Assembly: GCF_001194135.2 (NCBI RefSeq)
Contig: NC_068981.1
Location: forward strand, 139,437,705 to 139,501,704
DNA: 64,000 bases
Source of the DNA: Octopus bimaculoides
Taxonomy: Eukaryota
Reading direction: 5' to 3'
The notes under the pieces are model-generated. The model worked only from the letters and a program-made list of their open reading frames with translations. It ran no database searches and was not told where the DNA came from. The position numbers and the translations under genes are program-made. The first letter of the stretch is position 1. Each line of letters starts with the position of its first letter. This document shows positions 63,786 to 64,000 of the stretch, one piece after another.

Positions 63786-64000
63786 GACAGAACAACTGAT
63801 GGGATCAGTAATGCGATATGGTTTTTCATAAAATGTGACTTTAAAAATTAAATAAAATATTTAAAAAATCGAATGAAATTAACAATACAGAGACAATACA
63901 AATGAAGCGATGATCAGGCCACGCTCCGATCCCACAAGCCCCGATCTATCGCTAGTAACTTTTTTTGTTCTTTATGCAACTTATCTACTGTCAGTTTACA

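Overview
Eukaryotic, AT-rich, extremely microsatellite-dense DNA with 17 N-gaps, almost all flanked by simple repeats. The SINE families, (CATA)n/(CA)n/(TA)n density and RTE remnants point to a coleoid cephalopod, probably Octopus (inference, not a database result). I cannot recognise any intact protein-coding gene. Nearly all listed ORFs are microsatellite or N artefacts, and the window looks intronic or intergenic. What it does contain is a dense transposon record: a Penelope-like element (GIY-YIG end) in inverted arrangement; a near full-length decayed DD34D mariner, a second mariner fragment and two mariner MITEs; RTE, CR1-like, L1/Tx1-like and RLE-type LINE remnants; piggyBac-like, hAT-like, Merlin-like and Helitron-like non-autonomous elements; and more than 20 tRNA-derived SINE copies of several modular families. 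The most interesting signal is the Penelope 3' terminal repeat (2353-2811), where a tRNA-derived Pol III promoter sits directly upstream of a minimal hammerhead ribozyme motif. The opposite arm has lost both the B box and the hammerhead by separate deletions. Other leads: a second hammerhead-bearing repeat (49018-49050), two permuted hammerhead-core motifs with identical 26-nt spacing, RTE 3' ends embedded in (CATA)n on both sides, a CpG-rich palindrome cluster (24920-25035), inverted SINE clusters that could form dsRNA, a templated micro-insertion in a mariner MITE, and a few weak candidate host exons. Boundaries of degenerate repeats are approximate and were read by eye.
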